A stretch of 37,851 bases of DNA from IMG/VR virus record IMGVR_UViG_3300006119_000026, positions 1 through 37,851 of that record; one strand, written 5' to 3'. The position numbers and the translations under genes were made by a program. Each line of letters opens with the position of its first letter. The first letter of the stretch is position 1. This document shows positions 8,377-19,900 of the stretch, in pieces. The DNA comes from a virus (Duplodnaviria > Caudoviricetes). Under the pieces are notes generated by a model. It did no database searches, was not told the origin of the DNA, and saw nothing but the letters and a program-made list of their open reading frames with translations.

Positions 8377-9513
8377 CTACACGTTAGCGCCTAGTGATCT
8401 GGCGATTTTCGCGTAGTCGTAAGCATTGCGGATTTTCCCAAGGCTGATTTGCGCCGGTCCCTGTTGGGTTGTGCGATCCCCTGCCGAAGCAACGGGGGCC
8501 GCTGGGTGGGAACGACGCACCGCCGACTGCTGGACTGCCTGCGGCCTTGGGGTGCCTTGCGTGGATGATTTGAGAGAAGATTTGCCCTTCGCCTGGGAAA
8601 GGGGTGCGATGCCTAGCTCGTTGGCTGCCATCTGGTACACCTTGAAGGGGGCGTCGGCGTCATGGATGAGGGGATTGTTGGTCCCCTGCATGGCCGTCCA
8701 GATTTCGGTCGCCTTCTGGTGGATCGCGTGATCCTTGTCAGTGGCTACCGGGTAAATATCCATTGCCCGCTGGCGGGATGCCTCGACGCCGCGGTTGAAC
8801 TGGGCCTCTTCGCGGGAAATCCTGGCCGTGGCCTCCTGGTCCAACCTGGCTTTTTCCTCGCGGAGATTGAACGCGTCCCGCTGAAGCCGTAGGGCCGTCT
8901 TCACGTCCAGGTCTTCCGCGGCCTTTTCGGCTTCCGCCTCCTTGGCTGCGATCTCTGCGTCGATCTGCTCGACGGTCCTGGTGGGTGCTTCCGGCTCCTG
9001 CCTCGACGACTGCGATTCGCTGCCAACCTCGACGCCATACTTGGCGTTGATTCGGCGCTCTGCCTCTGCAAGGGAGATTTCCTTGCCCTGGTCTTTCAGC
9101 TCCTTCACCAGGAGGATTGCCTCCTGCTGTCGGGTGTCCAGGCTGGAGAGGCGCGGGCGGAATTCCTTGCGCGTCTGCTGGGGCTCGTCCTGGGGCTCCT
9201 GTTCGGTGGCCTCGGGCTGCTCGGTATCCTGGGTGGGCTCCGGCTCCGTTGTCGGCTCCTCCGAGGGCGGGTTTTCCCCTGCCTCTACGGGCGTCGGCTC
9301 GGGTGCGGGCTTCAAGGCTTCCGCGAGCATCTTCTCATAATCAGCCACGCTAGACACCCCGCGGCTGCTGGTGGGCAGCGGTTCGGAGATGGTCGTCGTG
9401 TTTGCTGTTTCGGAAGCCGGAGCCTCCGGCGCTACCTGGGGGGTAACATCGGGGGTCGCTTCCGCCGTCGGGGTGTTCTGGCTTTCGGCTTGCGCCTGAT
9501 TGTCAGCGGTCAT
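8377..9513 (-). CDS. Putative capsid scaffolding protein (378 aa; start revised to the ATG at 9513)
   Basis: Acidic P/E/T-rich N-terminus, coiled-coil middle and basic C-terminus, directly upstream of the capsid gene. The track's TTG start at 9549 is the TTGACA of the regulatory motif. Confidence 0.7.
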   Translation of the reverse strand: MTADNQAQAESQNTPTAEATPDVTPQVAPEAPASETANTTTISEPLPTSSRGVSSVADYEKMLAEALKPAPEPTPVEAGENPPSEEPTTEPEPTQDTEQPEATEQEPQDEPQQTRKEFRPRLSSLDTRQQEAILLVKELKDQGKEISLAEAERRINAKYGVEVGSESQSSRQEPEAPTRTVEQIDAEIAAKEAEAEKAAEDLDVKTALRLQRDAFNLREEKARLDQEATARISREEAQFNRGVEASRQRAMDIYPVATDKDHAIHQKATEIWTAMQGTNNPLIHDADAPFKVYQMAANELGIAPLSQAKGKSSLKSSTQGTPRPQAVQQSAVRRSHPAAPVASAGDRTTQQGPAQISLGKIRNAYDYAKIARSLGANV

Positions 9514-9520
9514 GGCGTAG

Positions 9521-9549
9521 CCATTAGGGCGGCAGCGATTCGCTGTCAA
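9521..9549 (-). promoter_or_regulatory. Conserved promoter/operator motif upstream of scaffold-capsid
   Basis: TTGACA-GCGAATCGCTGCCGCCC (17 nt)-TAATGG, with the ATG 7 nt later. Confidence 0.8.
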
Positions 9550-9591
9550 GTCTGAATTGACAAAAAAGGATCGGGGTGGTCTTTTTGCCTG

Positions 9592-10218
9592 GTGGACAAC
9601 ACCGAGGTAAATCTACTGCGAACACGCGTTGAGCAACTAGAGCGGATGCTGTCCGGCCTCAATGAGGTTCAGGTCGTGGATTGGTTTGGGAATAGCTTCA
9701 ACGTGCTTGGAAAGCAAATGGGCGGACCGGCCTACACGGGACCAGGAAATGTTCCGTTCCAGGTCTATACCCAGGCCATGGGAAGCGGGAACACGACGGA
9801 TCCTGCGACGATTCAATACGGAGTTCCCTATAACAGCCAACTCCAGCGAAGCCTCACTCCCAATAGCACCGTCACCATTGAGGGACTGCTTACCGAGGAA
9901 AACCCAGACAGCGCTGATGCTGGTTGGTTTAGCATGAATTCCGATGGGAATATCTGGCTGGAAATCAATTTTGATGGGGGAGCGGTTACGACGGCGAGCA
10001 TCGAGCATGGAACGGATTTTAATTTGACCCTCCCGGCCTGGAGAAATGGCGCCTACGTTGAAAACGACGGAGCAACGAACCCGACGCAAACGCTGGCCCG
10101 CCTCCTGATCGCAACCGTTGAAAGCGGGAACCTGACGCAGGTTGCCTCCCCCGGGAACTATGTCATGCGGAATATCTGTATCAACGGGCAGGCTGCGCTT
10201 TATCCCCTTCACGCATGA
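9592..10218 (+). CDS. Hypothetical protein of the divergent cassette (possibly virion-associated)
   Basis: 208 aa with a short N-terminal coiled coil then beta-rich sequence. A plus-strand TTGACA lies at 9557-9562 and the stop overlaps the next start as ATGA. Confidence 0.75.
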   Translation: MDNTEVNLLRTRVEQLERMLSGLNEVQVVDWFGNSFNVLGKQMGGPAYTGPGNVPFQVYTQAMGSGNTTDPATIQYGVPYNSQLQRSLTPNSTVTIEGLLTEENPDSADAGWFSMNSDGNIWLEINFDGGAVTTASIEHGTDFNLTLPAWRNGAYVENDGATNPTQTLARLLIATVESGNLTQVASPGNYVMRNICINGQAALYPLHA

Positions 10219-11393
10219 GCGACCTCCTCTACACCGACGGGCTTCTCCCATTCTGCATCAGGGAGAAGAATGAGCTTGGGGAGCCATTTCAGCAATGGGA
10301 TGGAGTAACTCTTTGTGCCGGAACATGGCCTCTATTTGATCAGGAGACAGTTCAATCCGGAAGTTCCTCGCAATACGTTACCGTCTATGGGCCAAGATCA
10401 AGGTACTGCGTGAAGCTTAATAGATTTCAATTAATGGATCTATACTGGAATTGGAAGGCATTTACTACCACCCTCGGATGCACTCCTTCTGACATCTCGA
10501 TAAGCATAAACACCTCCGGATCAGAACAGATATACTGGGCTGACTCTATGGAATATGTTGAAGGCACGGGGCCGTATATTGACTCCATTCAGTCAACGGG
10601 AAGCCAGGGGCAAATCCAACTGGGCATTTATGATTTCAGACCGCAGACCGCAGACGACTTTGATTTCACGAGAAATCAGCAATCTACCATCTGCAATTCG
10701 GAATCTTTTTCGAAAAGCTACGTTTGGTGGGGAATGAATTATCATGAAGAATCTCAAACGACAGACTTTTTAACGGGAGATATTACTTCATCTTCAAGAG
10801 ACTATAACGATGGGCTATACGGTTCTAACGGAAATAGCGGATTCAGTTTAGACTTTATGGGGGTGGGAGGATTTTACATCTCCCCCCACGACTCCGCTTT
10901 TGGGGACTTTATCAAAATTTCTGAGGATGAGTATTGGATGTCCCCCAAAATCCCTTATTCTTTGCAGTTCGCGGAAAACTACGGTCCTGGCCTAAATTAT
11001 ATTAGAGGCGGAGCAAGTTTTAATTGCCTCTTTTCCACTGACGACTGGATAAGAAACCTTCAGGCCGATGGAACCAATGGCAATCACTGGGAATCATTCC
11101 CTGTTTCCTTTAAGTTTTCGGATGGGAGCATTGCGTCAGGAGAGAAACTCATGATCGTGAATGTCGCTAAAAACTATTACAGGTATCTTGTCGGTCCAGA
11201 TTCAGGAAGCAATGGGCAGCAGGCTACAATCTATGAGGGGTTATCGGATCATTACTCTCATTCGATTACTGAAAATGTTCACTATCTAGACGGGATTACA
11301 TGGGTTGATAGCACAGCGACATTTGGCTGCGATGTTACCTTCAGCTCTCTTCCGTATTTGAAAATAGAAGTTTCCGACACTTTCTATTACTAA
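10215..11393 (+). CDS. Low-GC, Tyr/Ser/Gly/Asp-rich hypothetical protein (candidate receptor-binding or surface protein)
   Basis: 392-aa ORF filling the gap, visibly more AT-rich than its flanks and rich in aromatic residues. Confidence 0.75.
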   Translation: MSDLLYTDGLLPFCIREKNELGEPFQQWDGVTLCAGTWPLFDQETVQSGSSSQYVTVYGPRSRYCVKLNRFQLMDLYWNWKAFTTTLGCTPSDISISINTSGSEQIYWADSMEYVEGTGPYIDSIQSTGSQGQIQLGIYDFRPQTADDFDFTRNQQSTICNSESFSKSYVWWGMNYHEESQTTDFLTGDITSSSRDYNDGLYGSNGNSGFSLDFMGVGGFYISPHDSAFGDFIKISEDEYWMSPKIPYSLQFAENYGPGLNYIRGGASFNCLFSTDDWIRNLQADGTNGNHWESFPVSFKFSDGSIASGEKLMIVNVAKNYYRYLVGPDSGSNGQQATIYEGLSDHYSHSITENVHYLDGITWVDSTATFGCDVTFSSLPYLKIEVSDTFYY

Positions 11394-11403
11394 ACTAAAA
11401 CCT

Positions 11404-11715
11404 TTAGACCTCTTCCTGCAAATTCAGGATGCTTTTACAGCCGGCAGCATCTTCTTCTGTCATCCTGGCAATAGACTTCAAGGTTGCCAGGATGGCGCGC
11501 TCTTTCCCGATGTCGGATTCAGGCGTACGCTCATCGAGGATCTTCTCCTCCTGCGCCCGGATCTTCTCCTTTAGCCGGCGAAGGAAGTAGTGCTGGAAAG
11601 GGCGTGAGGCGCGGAGGGCGAGAATAGCCTCCATGTCTTCAAACGCGCGCGATTTGCTCTCACTGGTCGATGCATCATCCGCCTCGTCCTTCTGGTGGTA
11701 GTTTTCCTCACTCAT
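11404..11715 (-). CDS. Small helical protein coupled to the portal gene
   Basis: 103 aa with an ATGA overlap on the portal stop; a small helical gene here is common in podoviruses. Confidence 0.75.
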   Translation of the reverse strand: MSEENYHQKDEADDASTSESKSRAFEDMEAILALRASRPFQHYFLRRLKEKIRAQEEKILDERTPESDIGKERAILATLKSIARMTEEDAAGCKSILNLQEEV

Positions 11716-13913
11716 GATTGCGGCTGCCCCTGTGGCTGTGGCTGCCCCGGCGCTCCTTGTGGGGGCTGTTGCGGTTGCATAGCGGCAGGATCCAGGGGCT
11801 CGATGATCGTATCAGGCTGGGCTACCCGGAGGGCCTTCAATCGTTGCTGGGCGTAAGCCTTGGTCCGCTCCTGCAAGGGGAGGGGACGGTTATAGTAACT
11901 GTCAATCACGCTGTCGGCGGTATTGCCGGCCTCAAGAATCTGGCGGTCCCTCTGCTGGGTAATGGAAAGCTGGACGTGCAAGGCGAGATCCCTGACTTCA
12001 TCGGGATCCAGGGTGAGGATGTCTTGGGCATCGCCGTTGAAGTAGGTGAAAATCTGCTGGGTATCCAGGTTGGAGAAAATGCTATCGACGACGGCCCGAA
12101 GGGCTGCCTGGACTCCCGGGTAAAGGCGAAGCAGGAACATCGTGAAGAGTTCCTGTCCGCTCGTTGCCACCTCGTTAATGCCGGTAGCCGTGTTGGCAGC
12201 GGGCAGGCCGCTAATCTGCTGATCAGCGCCATTTACGACTCCGCTTTTCACCTGCATGAGCTGCATGAAGAGTTCGATCAGGTCCTTCAGTTCTTCACTA
12301 TTTTCCGGCAACTGGACATACGAGAGGGCATCGGTCGCCTTGTAGCCTTCTCTCAAAGTGTAGGTGGTCCCTTGATTGAGCTTCAGGGCCGGATCGCGGG
12401 CGCCCTCCATCGTCGCCCATGGGGACCAGAACGTGACGCGCCCGCTGGCTCCATCGCGGAAGTTCCGGCGGTTGATCTGAAGGTCGATGAATTCCTGTTC
12501 CGGCTCGAAATATTCCATCGCGCCCATGCCATACCAGCGGCCATCAACTCCGATCGGGCGGATGACTTCGAAGGGCCGGAGGCCGCGGAGCGTGACGTTG
12601 GCCGTGTACTCGTAGAAAATCGGGGTGCGGGTGCGACGATCCACGATCAGCATGATCTCTTCCTGCTGGCCGTCTCCATCGGCATCGTAGGTGAGCCAGC
12701 ATTCCGCGATCTGGCTTTTCGGGTTATTGGGGCTCCCTTGTGTGGTCTGCTCGTAGAAATCGACCCTGGGCTGCCCCTCGGCGCTCTTTGCCTCGGCGCT
12801 GTCTGCCAGCATATTCCGCAGGATTTCAACGGCATTGTTGTAGTCGGCGACGCCGGCATCCCCTTCTTCAAACTGGTCGCTGAACATCTGCGCGACTTCC
12901 ATCGCGCTCTTGTCGTAAAGGTGTGCGATCAGGTCGGCCTCTCCAGGCTGGATCCCGGGAGCGTCGATCGGCGCCAGGAAATCCTTGTAGTAGCAGATGC
13001 GGGAATCAGGCCCCCTCCAGGTCACGAGGCGCCGGGTAATAACATCTGTTTTCCAGATAGGATTTTCGGGGAGAGGGGTTACGCCGTCCCTTTTCAGAAC
13101 CATGACGCCGGTGGGCATGAGCTGGGGTTCCTGCTCTTGTTCCTGGGTTTGAGGAGTCTCCCCCTGTTCTTCTTGGGGCGGCTGGATTAGCTGCCCCATC
13201 TGCGGCACGAAAAGATCGGTTTGCAGAATATAATCGCCGTGGGCGTCCAGGACGGGGTTGCCGGCATCATCCACAAGGAACGTCGCCGTCCTCTTGTAAA
13301 TCTGGAATTTCTCCGAGTGAACGGTCTTCACAACGGATTCCCCGCGGACCCACGCATATTCGACGCCCTGGGCATGGCGCTGTTTAACGTGGCATTGGGA
13401 GGCCACATACCGCGCGTACTTTTTGACTTTATCGGCCAACTCGTCATCCTCGACTCCAACCGGTTCCGCGGTGAACCATTCCTGGTCGTCTGGCTGCCCG
13501 TAGAAGAATGAATTGCTCTTGGCGATCATTTGGGCGGTGATCCTCTGAGAAAGAGACGCCGTAAGGTTGGAGTGTTCGTAAATCGTGTTTTTTTCGACAC
13601 GATCGGAAACATGGTTGTAATACCTGGCCGTGTATTTCTCCCGCTTCCCAAAGAAGCTGTAGGGATCGCTGGTAAGGATGAAATCCTTGCTGCCGGAGGC
13701 CCTGGGAGACTGCGTGGGCTGCCGCTTCCCGAGCTGCTGTTCAATCTGTTCGACCCGGAGAAGGGCGTGTTCCACAAGGGAATCCTCTTGGTCTCGCGTC
13801 AGCTTGTAGGAGGTCTTGAACGGCATCCTGGGGCCGTCCGGAGTGGGGGTCGCTGTAGGCAGCTTGCTGGAAAGCTGCTCCACCTGGGATGTAAAGTTTG
13901 AGGAGCTAATCAT
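11712..13913 (-). CDS. Portal protein (podovirus P22/SU10-like)
   Basis: 733 aa with ECWLTYDADGDG, RPF...GRWYGMG..E...Q, NTATGI and a Q/P-rich tail, all typical of this portal class, upstream of scaffold and capsid. Confidence 0.85.
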   Translation of the reverse strand: MISSSNFTSQVEQLSSKLPTATPTPDGPRMPFKTSYKLTRDQEDSLVEHALLRVEQIEQQLGKRQPTQSPRASGSKDFILTSDPYSFFGKREKYTARYYNHVSDRVEKNTIYEHSNLTASLSQRITAQMIAKSNSFFYGQPDDQEWFTAEPVGVEDDELADKVKKYARYVASQCHVKQRHAQGVEYAWVRGESVVKTVHSEKFQIYKRTATFLVDDAGNPVLDAHGDYILQTDLFVPQMGQLIQPPQEEQGETPQTQEQEQEPQLMPTGVMVLKRDGVTPLPENPIWKTDVITRRLVTWRGPDSRICYYKDFLAPIDAPGIQPGEADLIAHLYDKSAMEVAQMFSDQFEEGDAGVADYNNAVEILRNMLADSAEAKSAEGQPRVDFYEQTTQGSPNNPKSQIAECWLTYDADGDGQQEEIMLIVDRRTRTPIFYEYTANVTLRGLRPFEVIRPIGVDGRWYGMGAMEYFEPEQEFIDLQINRRNFRDGASGRVTFWSPWATMEGARDPALKLNQGTTYTLREGYKATDALSYVQLPENSEELKDLIELFMQLMQVKSGVVNGADQQISGLPAANTATGINEVATSGQELFTMFLLRLYPGVQAALRAVVDSIFSNLDTQQIFTYFNGDAQDILTLDPDEVRDLALHVQLSITQQRDRQILEAGNTADSVIDSYYNRPLPLQERTKAYAQQRLKALRVAQPDTIIEPLDPAAMQPQQPPQGAPGQPQPQGQPQS

Positions 13914-13928
13914 GGTGGAGGTCCGCCT

Positions 13929-13957
13929 TGCGTATCATGGCAGCGAATCGCTGTCAA
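13929..13957 (-). promoter_or_regulatory. Conserved promoter/operator motif upstream of portal
   Basis: TTGACA-GCGATTCGCTGCCATGA (17 nt)-TACGCA; overlaps the stop codon of the giant gene. Confidence 0.8.
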
Positions 13958-16900
13958 TCCGAAGCCGGTTTTCTTCTGGCGATATAGGCTGGGGTGAAGA
14001 TGCGCTGCTTGGCTTCGTGGCCGGCCTCTTCGAAGGCTTTTTTGACGGCCAGGAAGTCGTCGCGGCGCGGGTGATCGGCGTTTCGTGAGTTCACGATGCC
14101 CGCGAGCTTGGATTTTACGAGCTGGCCGGCGGCCTTGCGGAATTTCGTGGTTTCCTCCGCGGTCATGGCCTGCTCTTTCCCGTCGGCTCCTTTGAAAACC
14201 GCCTTTGGAGCCTGGGGGGCCCATGCCTCCGAGGGGTTTTCCCTATTCCAGTTCATCAGAAGCTTGTCGCTCTGCTTAAGTTCGGGGGGTGTCGCCAGCG
14301 CGGTAAGGAAGAACATCCGGCTGATCGGATTGCCTGATTTCTTAACCTCCTCTCCGTAAGCGTCCAGCTTGGGCTGCGCGAGGTTGGCGGTAGGAAGCGA
14401 CGTGTAGAGCGTTGGGGCGGTCTTTCCTTCCCTGACGGTATCATCGGTGCTGCGAAGCGGGTCCCGGATGATGTTTGGCACGAACGCCTGGAGAAGCGTC
14501 TTTTTAATCGCGGAAATGGGGGTTGCCTCACGGGAAGCGTCCGCAAGTTCCATGATGGTATTCATGCCTTGGAGGAAGCTCTTGGCGCGCACCTGTTCGG
14601 TCAGGTAGGACCAGACGTGATGGAGCTGCTCGTCTGACGGGGAGTTGCTCTTGAGCGCGTGGACGGTATCCACAACGCTACCCAAGACAGTTCCAAGGGG
14701 CTCCAGTCGCCCGAACGGGATCTTGACTCCATCCCTTCCGCCTACCCTGATGACATAGCTGCCTCCGTAAGCGCGGTCCTCCAGGTCGCGGAATCCTTTC
14801 CCGTCTTCCCTGGATTTCGGCGCGGCGCTTCCGGTGATGAGGAGTTTCTTTGAGTCGTCGTCCTTGTCGCCCGCAATGGCTCCCCACAAAAGAGCCCCAA
14901 GCCCGAGGGTGAGGACCTGTTCTGCGTAATCGCGCACCGCCGTTTCGTGGCCGGCCAGGTATCCCTCGCCTTTTGCCATGGATCGGATTCCCTTGGTGGC
15001 CCTGTAAGCCAGGGCCGGCGCTCCGAACGCGCGGCGCACCCCGATCCTCATGATGTTGTAGGGGGTTTTCACGAACGGGAAGATCAGGTTGAGGAGAGGG
15101 GCCTCTTGCCTCATGTCCTGAATCTTGGCTGCCAGATGCTCGAATGTATTGCCCCCCTCGGACTTGGTTTTAAGTTCCTGCTTGAAGCCGATTTCGTTGG
15201 CGCTATCGACGGCCTGGCGCCAAGCGTCATCCTTCCATCCGTCTTTTTTGGCGGCATCGTAGGCGATTTGCTCTCTCGCCATGGACCAGGCATCGCTTCC
15301 TTTGTCGGCAACGAGGTCGTCGGGGTTGATGGTCTCGTCACGCGCGGCAATGCGGTTGGCAAAGTGCTTCACCATCTCATCGGTGGGTGTGACCTTGCTC
15401 ATGTATTCTGAAACAACCTGGCCGCGTGTTTTGACGAGTTGTTCCACCCGTTCCGAGAGAGCTTTCCCCGAAAGCCCTTCTGCCCTGGCAATCCGGTACG
15501 CATGAGTTCCTGCCTCCATCTGTGCAACGGCATTACGGATGAGCGCATCGGCAAAAAGGACTGCCCTTCCGGGAATTCGGATTCTGCTGCCGCTGACCAA
15601 GGGGAGGGTAAAGTTCCCGATTTTGATCTTTTCGGGGATTTTCCCCATCGGTGCATCCATGACTCCGCGGCGCACCTGCTCAAGTTCCAGGGGTGTGCCC
15701 AGGACGCTATTCTCAAAGAAATCGTGTTCAGCCCCCCAGGACCGCATGGCCTCTTGATAGCCTTTGGCAATTCCCGGGAAGAGCCCCTTGGCTAGGTATT
15801 TGAATTCCCCGAATCGCGCTGCTTTCTGATCACGGGCGGCCAGGTTGACCAGGGCTTCCATCCCCCGCTGTGCCGTGAGGCTCCAGACAGCATTCCCCGC
15901 ATGGCCGAGGAAGTTGTAGATATGAGTATGAGGGCCGGAAAGCAGCCCCATTTTCCATGCTTCCAGAGCCATGTCCAATTTATCGGCCTCTCCTCGGGCT
16001 TCCTGGATTGCCCTGGTCATGCGAACAATGTGGGCTGGGTCCTCGATGTTGAATTTGGGCTTCCCTTGTTCGGCATCAGGAACGACCCCGAGGCGGCGCA
16101 TCCACTTCTGGAATTCGGCTTCCGCCTGTTCTTTGGATACCTTGTTCCCTGTAATTAGGGTTGCCTGATCGGCCTTTGCTCCTGCTTCAAATTTTGCAAA
16201 GTGATCGGCGCGCATTTTGGCGACAAACTGATCCTTGATCCCCTGGATCTCATCCGGCTTGAGGCCAGTCATCTTGGAAATATGATCCAGAGACTTGTTT
16301 GCCAGGATCATGTCGAACGCCGCCTTCTTGGCGTCGGATCCCGATGGCCTGGAAAGCATGGAACGGAATTCATTGAGGATCTTTTTCTCCGCCAGTCGAA
16401 GAGTCACCCTGTCATTAAGGATGTCCTCTGGGGTGATGCCGGCGGCCGCAAGTTTATCCAGGAGGCGCTTGGTCTCCGCGTCGATCATCGCGGCTTTCTT
16501 CTCCGGGTCTTTTTCGGCGTCAATAGCCTTCATGTCCTTGCTGCCAGGCTTGGTCATGAGATCCACTAGGAAGTTGCGGTAGCGCTGTGCCGGCGTCATG
16601 TAGGGGTCAACGCGCGAGGCCATGGCGCGCCCCGCGGCGGTTCCGGTCATCCGGTAGCTATTCCAGAAGCGATAGAAGGCCGCTTTGTTCTCGTCGCTGG
16701 GATCAGCTACCATTTTCCTGCGAAGACGATCCGCCAGGATGCCCGCGGCAATGGTTTCCTCCGGGGTGAGCGTCTCGCCGTTGAGCGCCTTTGACTGGAT
16801 CCGGTTAATCGTCCTCTTGGCTTCTCCCTTTACGAGATCCTGCGCCGCGGCTTCCCATTGGTCACGGGTTTCGGGCGTGGCTTTTTCATCGTAGTATTCA

Positions 16901-19900
16901 TCGACGGCCCTGTGTTCCGGCGAAGCGGCTCCATAGGCGCGGTCGGGGCTGCCGATCTTTTTCTCCTTGCCGCTGTTTTCTTCCGCCTTGGCTTTCTCTA
17001 CCAGGCCGTCCAGGTGATCCATGAAATCGTCGATTCCCTGTTCCCCGGCATCAGCCGACCGAGAAAGGATTTCGTCGGTATTGGTGATGCCTTTTTCGGC
17101 GAACCTTTTCTTCAGGCGCTCGTACGCGGCTTTCTGGAGGTTATTGACCGCCTGCCGGGAAATCCCCATTTCTTTTGCAATCTCCTCTCCGTTTTTCCCT
17201 TCCAGCGCACCATTGACGGCGGCTTGCATCCGCTCGGGAAGGGTGGATAGCCCCTCATCCAGGAGCGCCCTAGCTTCATTGCGCTGGGTGTCTTTTTCGG
17301 GGTTAGGGGAGGTGAGATCAGCGGTGTGGTCTTGCTGCGACTCCTCATAATCCGCCCCGGCTGGGTTGTTGAGCGTGGGCTGGTATCTGTCCGCGTGGGT
17401 TTTTTCCTGATTATAGAGATCGCGCAATGTATTTCTGACGGCCTGTCTGGCATACGCCTGGAAGGGGACGCCTCTTTCCGGATCGTAGGATTTGGCGGCT
17501 TTGGCTACAGCGATCCGAGCTACCTGGCGGGCTTCATCACGATCATACCCGGGAGTATTAGAGAAAAGCGCCGACTGCTGATTGATGAGGGGTTCCGATT
17601 CCCTCAACCTCTCCGCAGGAGTTTTTTGCCCATCTTCCGCTGCCTTGTCGAAGTCCAGCTCAAGCTGGTTTTCGTCATTAGCTCCGCGGGAAAATAAAGC
17701 ATCGGAGGTGGTTGCGTTTGAGAATCTTACATCAAACGGAATCATGTCGCGATCAGGAGGTTTGATGAAATTACTCCTGGTGACATCGTGCATCCGAATC
17801 TTTGAATCGCTATGCTCCCAGTATTGACCATCAGGGCCATACCGAAGCTCCCATCCCTGACTATGAAGGTAGGGAAGAATCTCCTCTAATTCGGGATGTC
17901 TGCCCTCGATGAAAGGTTGCCTTACCCAGATTTCAGGGGTTCCGTCTGGACGAATGGAGACCCCCAAGAAATCAATCCTTGCAGATGGCACGATGGCGTT
18001 AAATTCAGCCTGTCGTTTGAGATATGAAAACGGATCTGCGTCTTTGTTGAAAAATTCCTTAATGACGAATGATTCGCCCTGTTCATTTCTAGGGGTGAAA
18101 TAGACCTGATGTTCCGTCCCTCCGTAAATACCTCTCGCCCTAGTAAAGCCCTCAATGGCTTCAGGGGAAATAATCCTGTTATTATCCCGTGCCCATTCAA
18201 TCAGGGCCGTTTGATTTCTAGCTCTATCCGAGTCCGACGGGGCTACCGTGTGATCCTTGGCCCCTCTGGCCGGGTCAATTTGCTCAAGGACGCGTTCCGG
18301 TTGAATTGCTGCTCGGCCTCCTCCGGAGATAAGGTCGTGTGCCTCAATTCCCCTGGGAAGAGGGCCGGAATTTTCTCCTTGGCGCTCTCCTTCTGGGGAT
18401 TCGGATTTGTCTTCATGGGTAGTTGAGTCTTCATCATTCCAGTTGAGTTTTCCATTGTTTTCTTCACGTTCGCCATTAACACCCCTGGAGTACAACGCGG
18501 TTCCCCTGTCGGTCTCCCTGGTATCCATGGCTTCAAAAAGACCATCGAAAGCCTGGCGGATCCCGTTTTTCATCTCCTCCGGCGTCGGGTAGACTTTGGA
18601 CCCTTTTTCAATGTTGGCGAGGTAGTCGTTGGAGATTCCCTTTTCAGCCAATCGGTCTTTGGCGTACTGCTCAAAAGCACGAGCGGCTTTTTCAATCGTC
18701 GTGTTCCAATAGGGCTTGCTGCGAGTTTCGTCCTCTTGTTTGGAGCGTTCGGTGAATCCTTTTTCCTTCAGGGCATCTTTCAGTGCGTTAAAGGCCTGCC
18801 ACACTTCGGGACGCACGTTCTTTAGGAGCTGCTGCTGATCGCTGGCGTATCCAGGGGAAGCATTTTGCCAATCAGTCTTCCCGGTGATATTCAGGCGCGC
18901 GAAATAGTTATCGAGGGCATGGAACCACTCATGGGCAAGCGTTCCCGGCCCTCCGCCCTTGGTGAGATTGATGACTACTTGGCTGGGCTCGTAGTGGGCC
19001 AAAGCGGCATTTTTACCACCCTTGCCCCTTGCTCCGAAGGCAAGCCCAAGTTGTCCGTCAAGGGAGAGAGCCCTAGGGGGAATACCAAGCGCGGATGCCA
19101 AGTCCATCAGCGCGTCGAAAGAATGGTTGAGGTCAGTCTGACGACGGGTGTTTTCGACATAGTTTCCAAACTGGACGCCACGGAATCCAAACGCCTCATT
19201 GAAAGCCTCCGGGGAGACATCCCCGGGGCGCTGCAGCTTGCCTTCCCTGGGGGCATTGGTTTCATTGCGGCCCGTGGTCTGGGTTTTCATCCCCTCCCAA
19301 ATCTTTGCCAGTTCATCGTAGCTGTTTGCTAGGTAGTCCCTGGCATCTTTCAGATTACTGAATCCAGCCTTGATTCGCAGGACGCTTGTTAGTCCCTTCT
19401 TGCCGATAAAGAGTTCTCCGCTTTGCCTGTCGCGGTAAATATTGAACGGGATCTTCTTCTGCTTTGTGGGCTCATCTCCGGCCGTAAGGGAATCACGCTC
19501 GATCCTGGCCTTGATTTGTGCGGCGATCTCCTTGAACGCGGCCAAACGATCAGGATTGGTCGTTCGCATTTCCGTCGTGCGTCCGTCATGTTCGGCCATG
19601 GTGAGCCATTGATCTGGGGTAACGATTTTATTGCCATTGCGGTCCCACATGGTGACCCCGCGGCTCTGGTCGATGCTCCAGTCTTTGGCTTGAAGGAAAG
19701 AGGGGTATCCCAGCTCTTTATAGAGAAGCACTTTGCTGAAAATCTTACTGCCGGCCTTTTCGGCGGCCTTCATCATGAATTCAAACGAGACATTGGAATC
19801 CGGAGAGGCAAAAGACCTCATGGCCTCATGGACGGCCCTCACCACCTCTCCCCATCGGGCTAGTTTATAGGGACTGCTTGGCTTTCTGGGGATCATGTCC

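Noticed and set aside
6844-8394. 516-aa plus-strand ORF
   Set aside because: Antisense shadow of the codon-biased capsid gene with no recognisable protein features.
9550-11403. Recombinase-invertible segment
   Set aside because: No convincing inverted repeats at the two ends by eye; kept only as an untested possibility.
11718-13190. 490-aa plus-strand ORF
   Set aside because: Antisense shadow of the portal gene.
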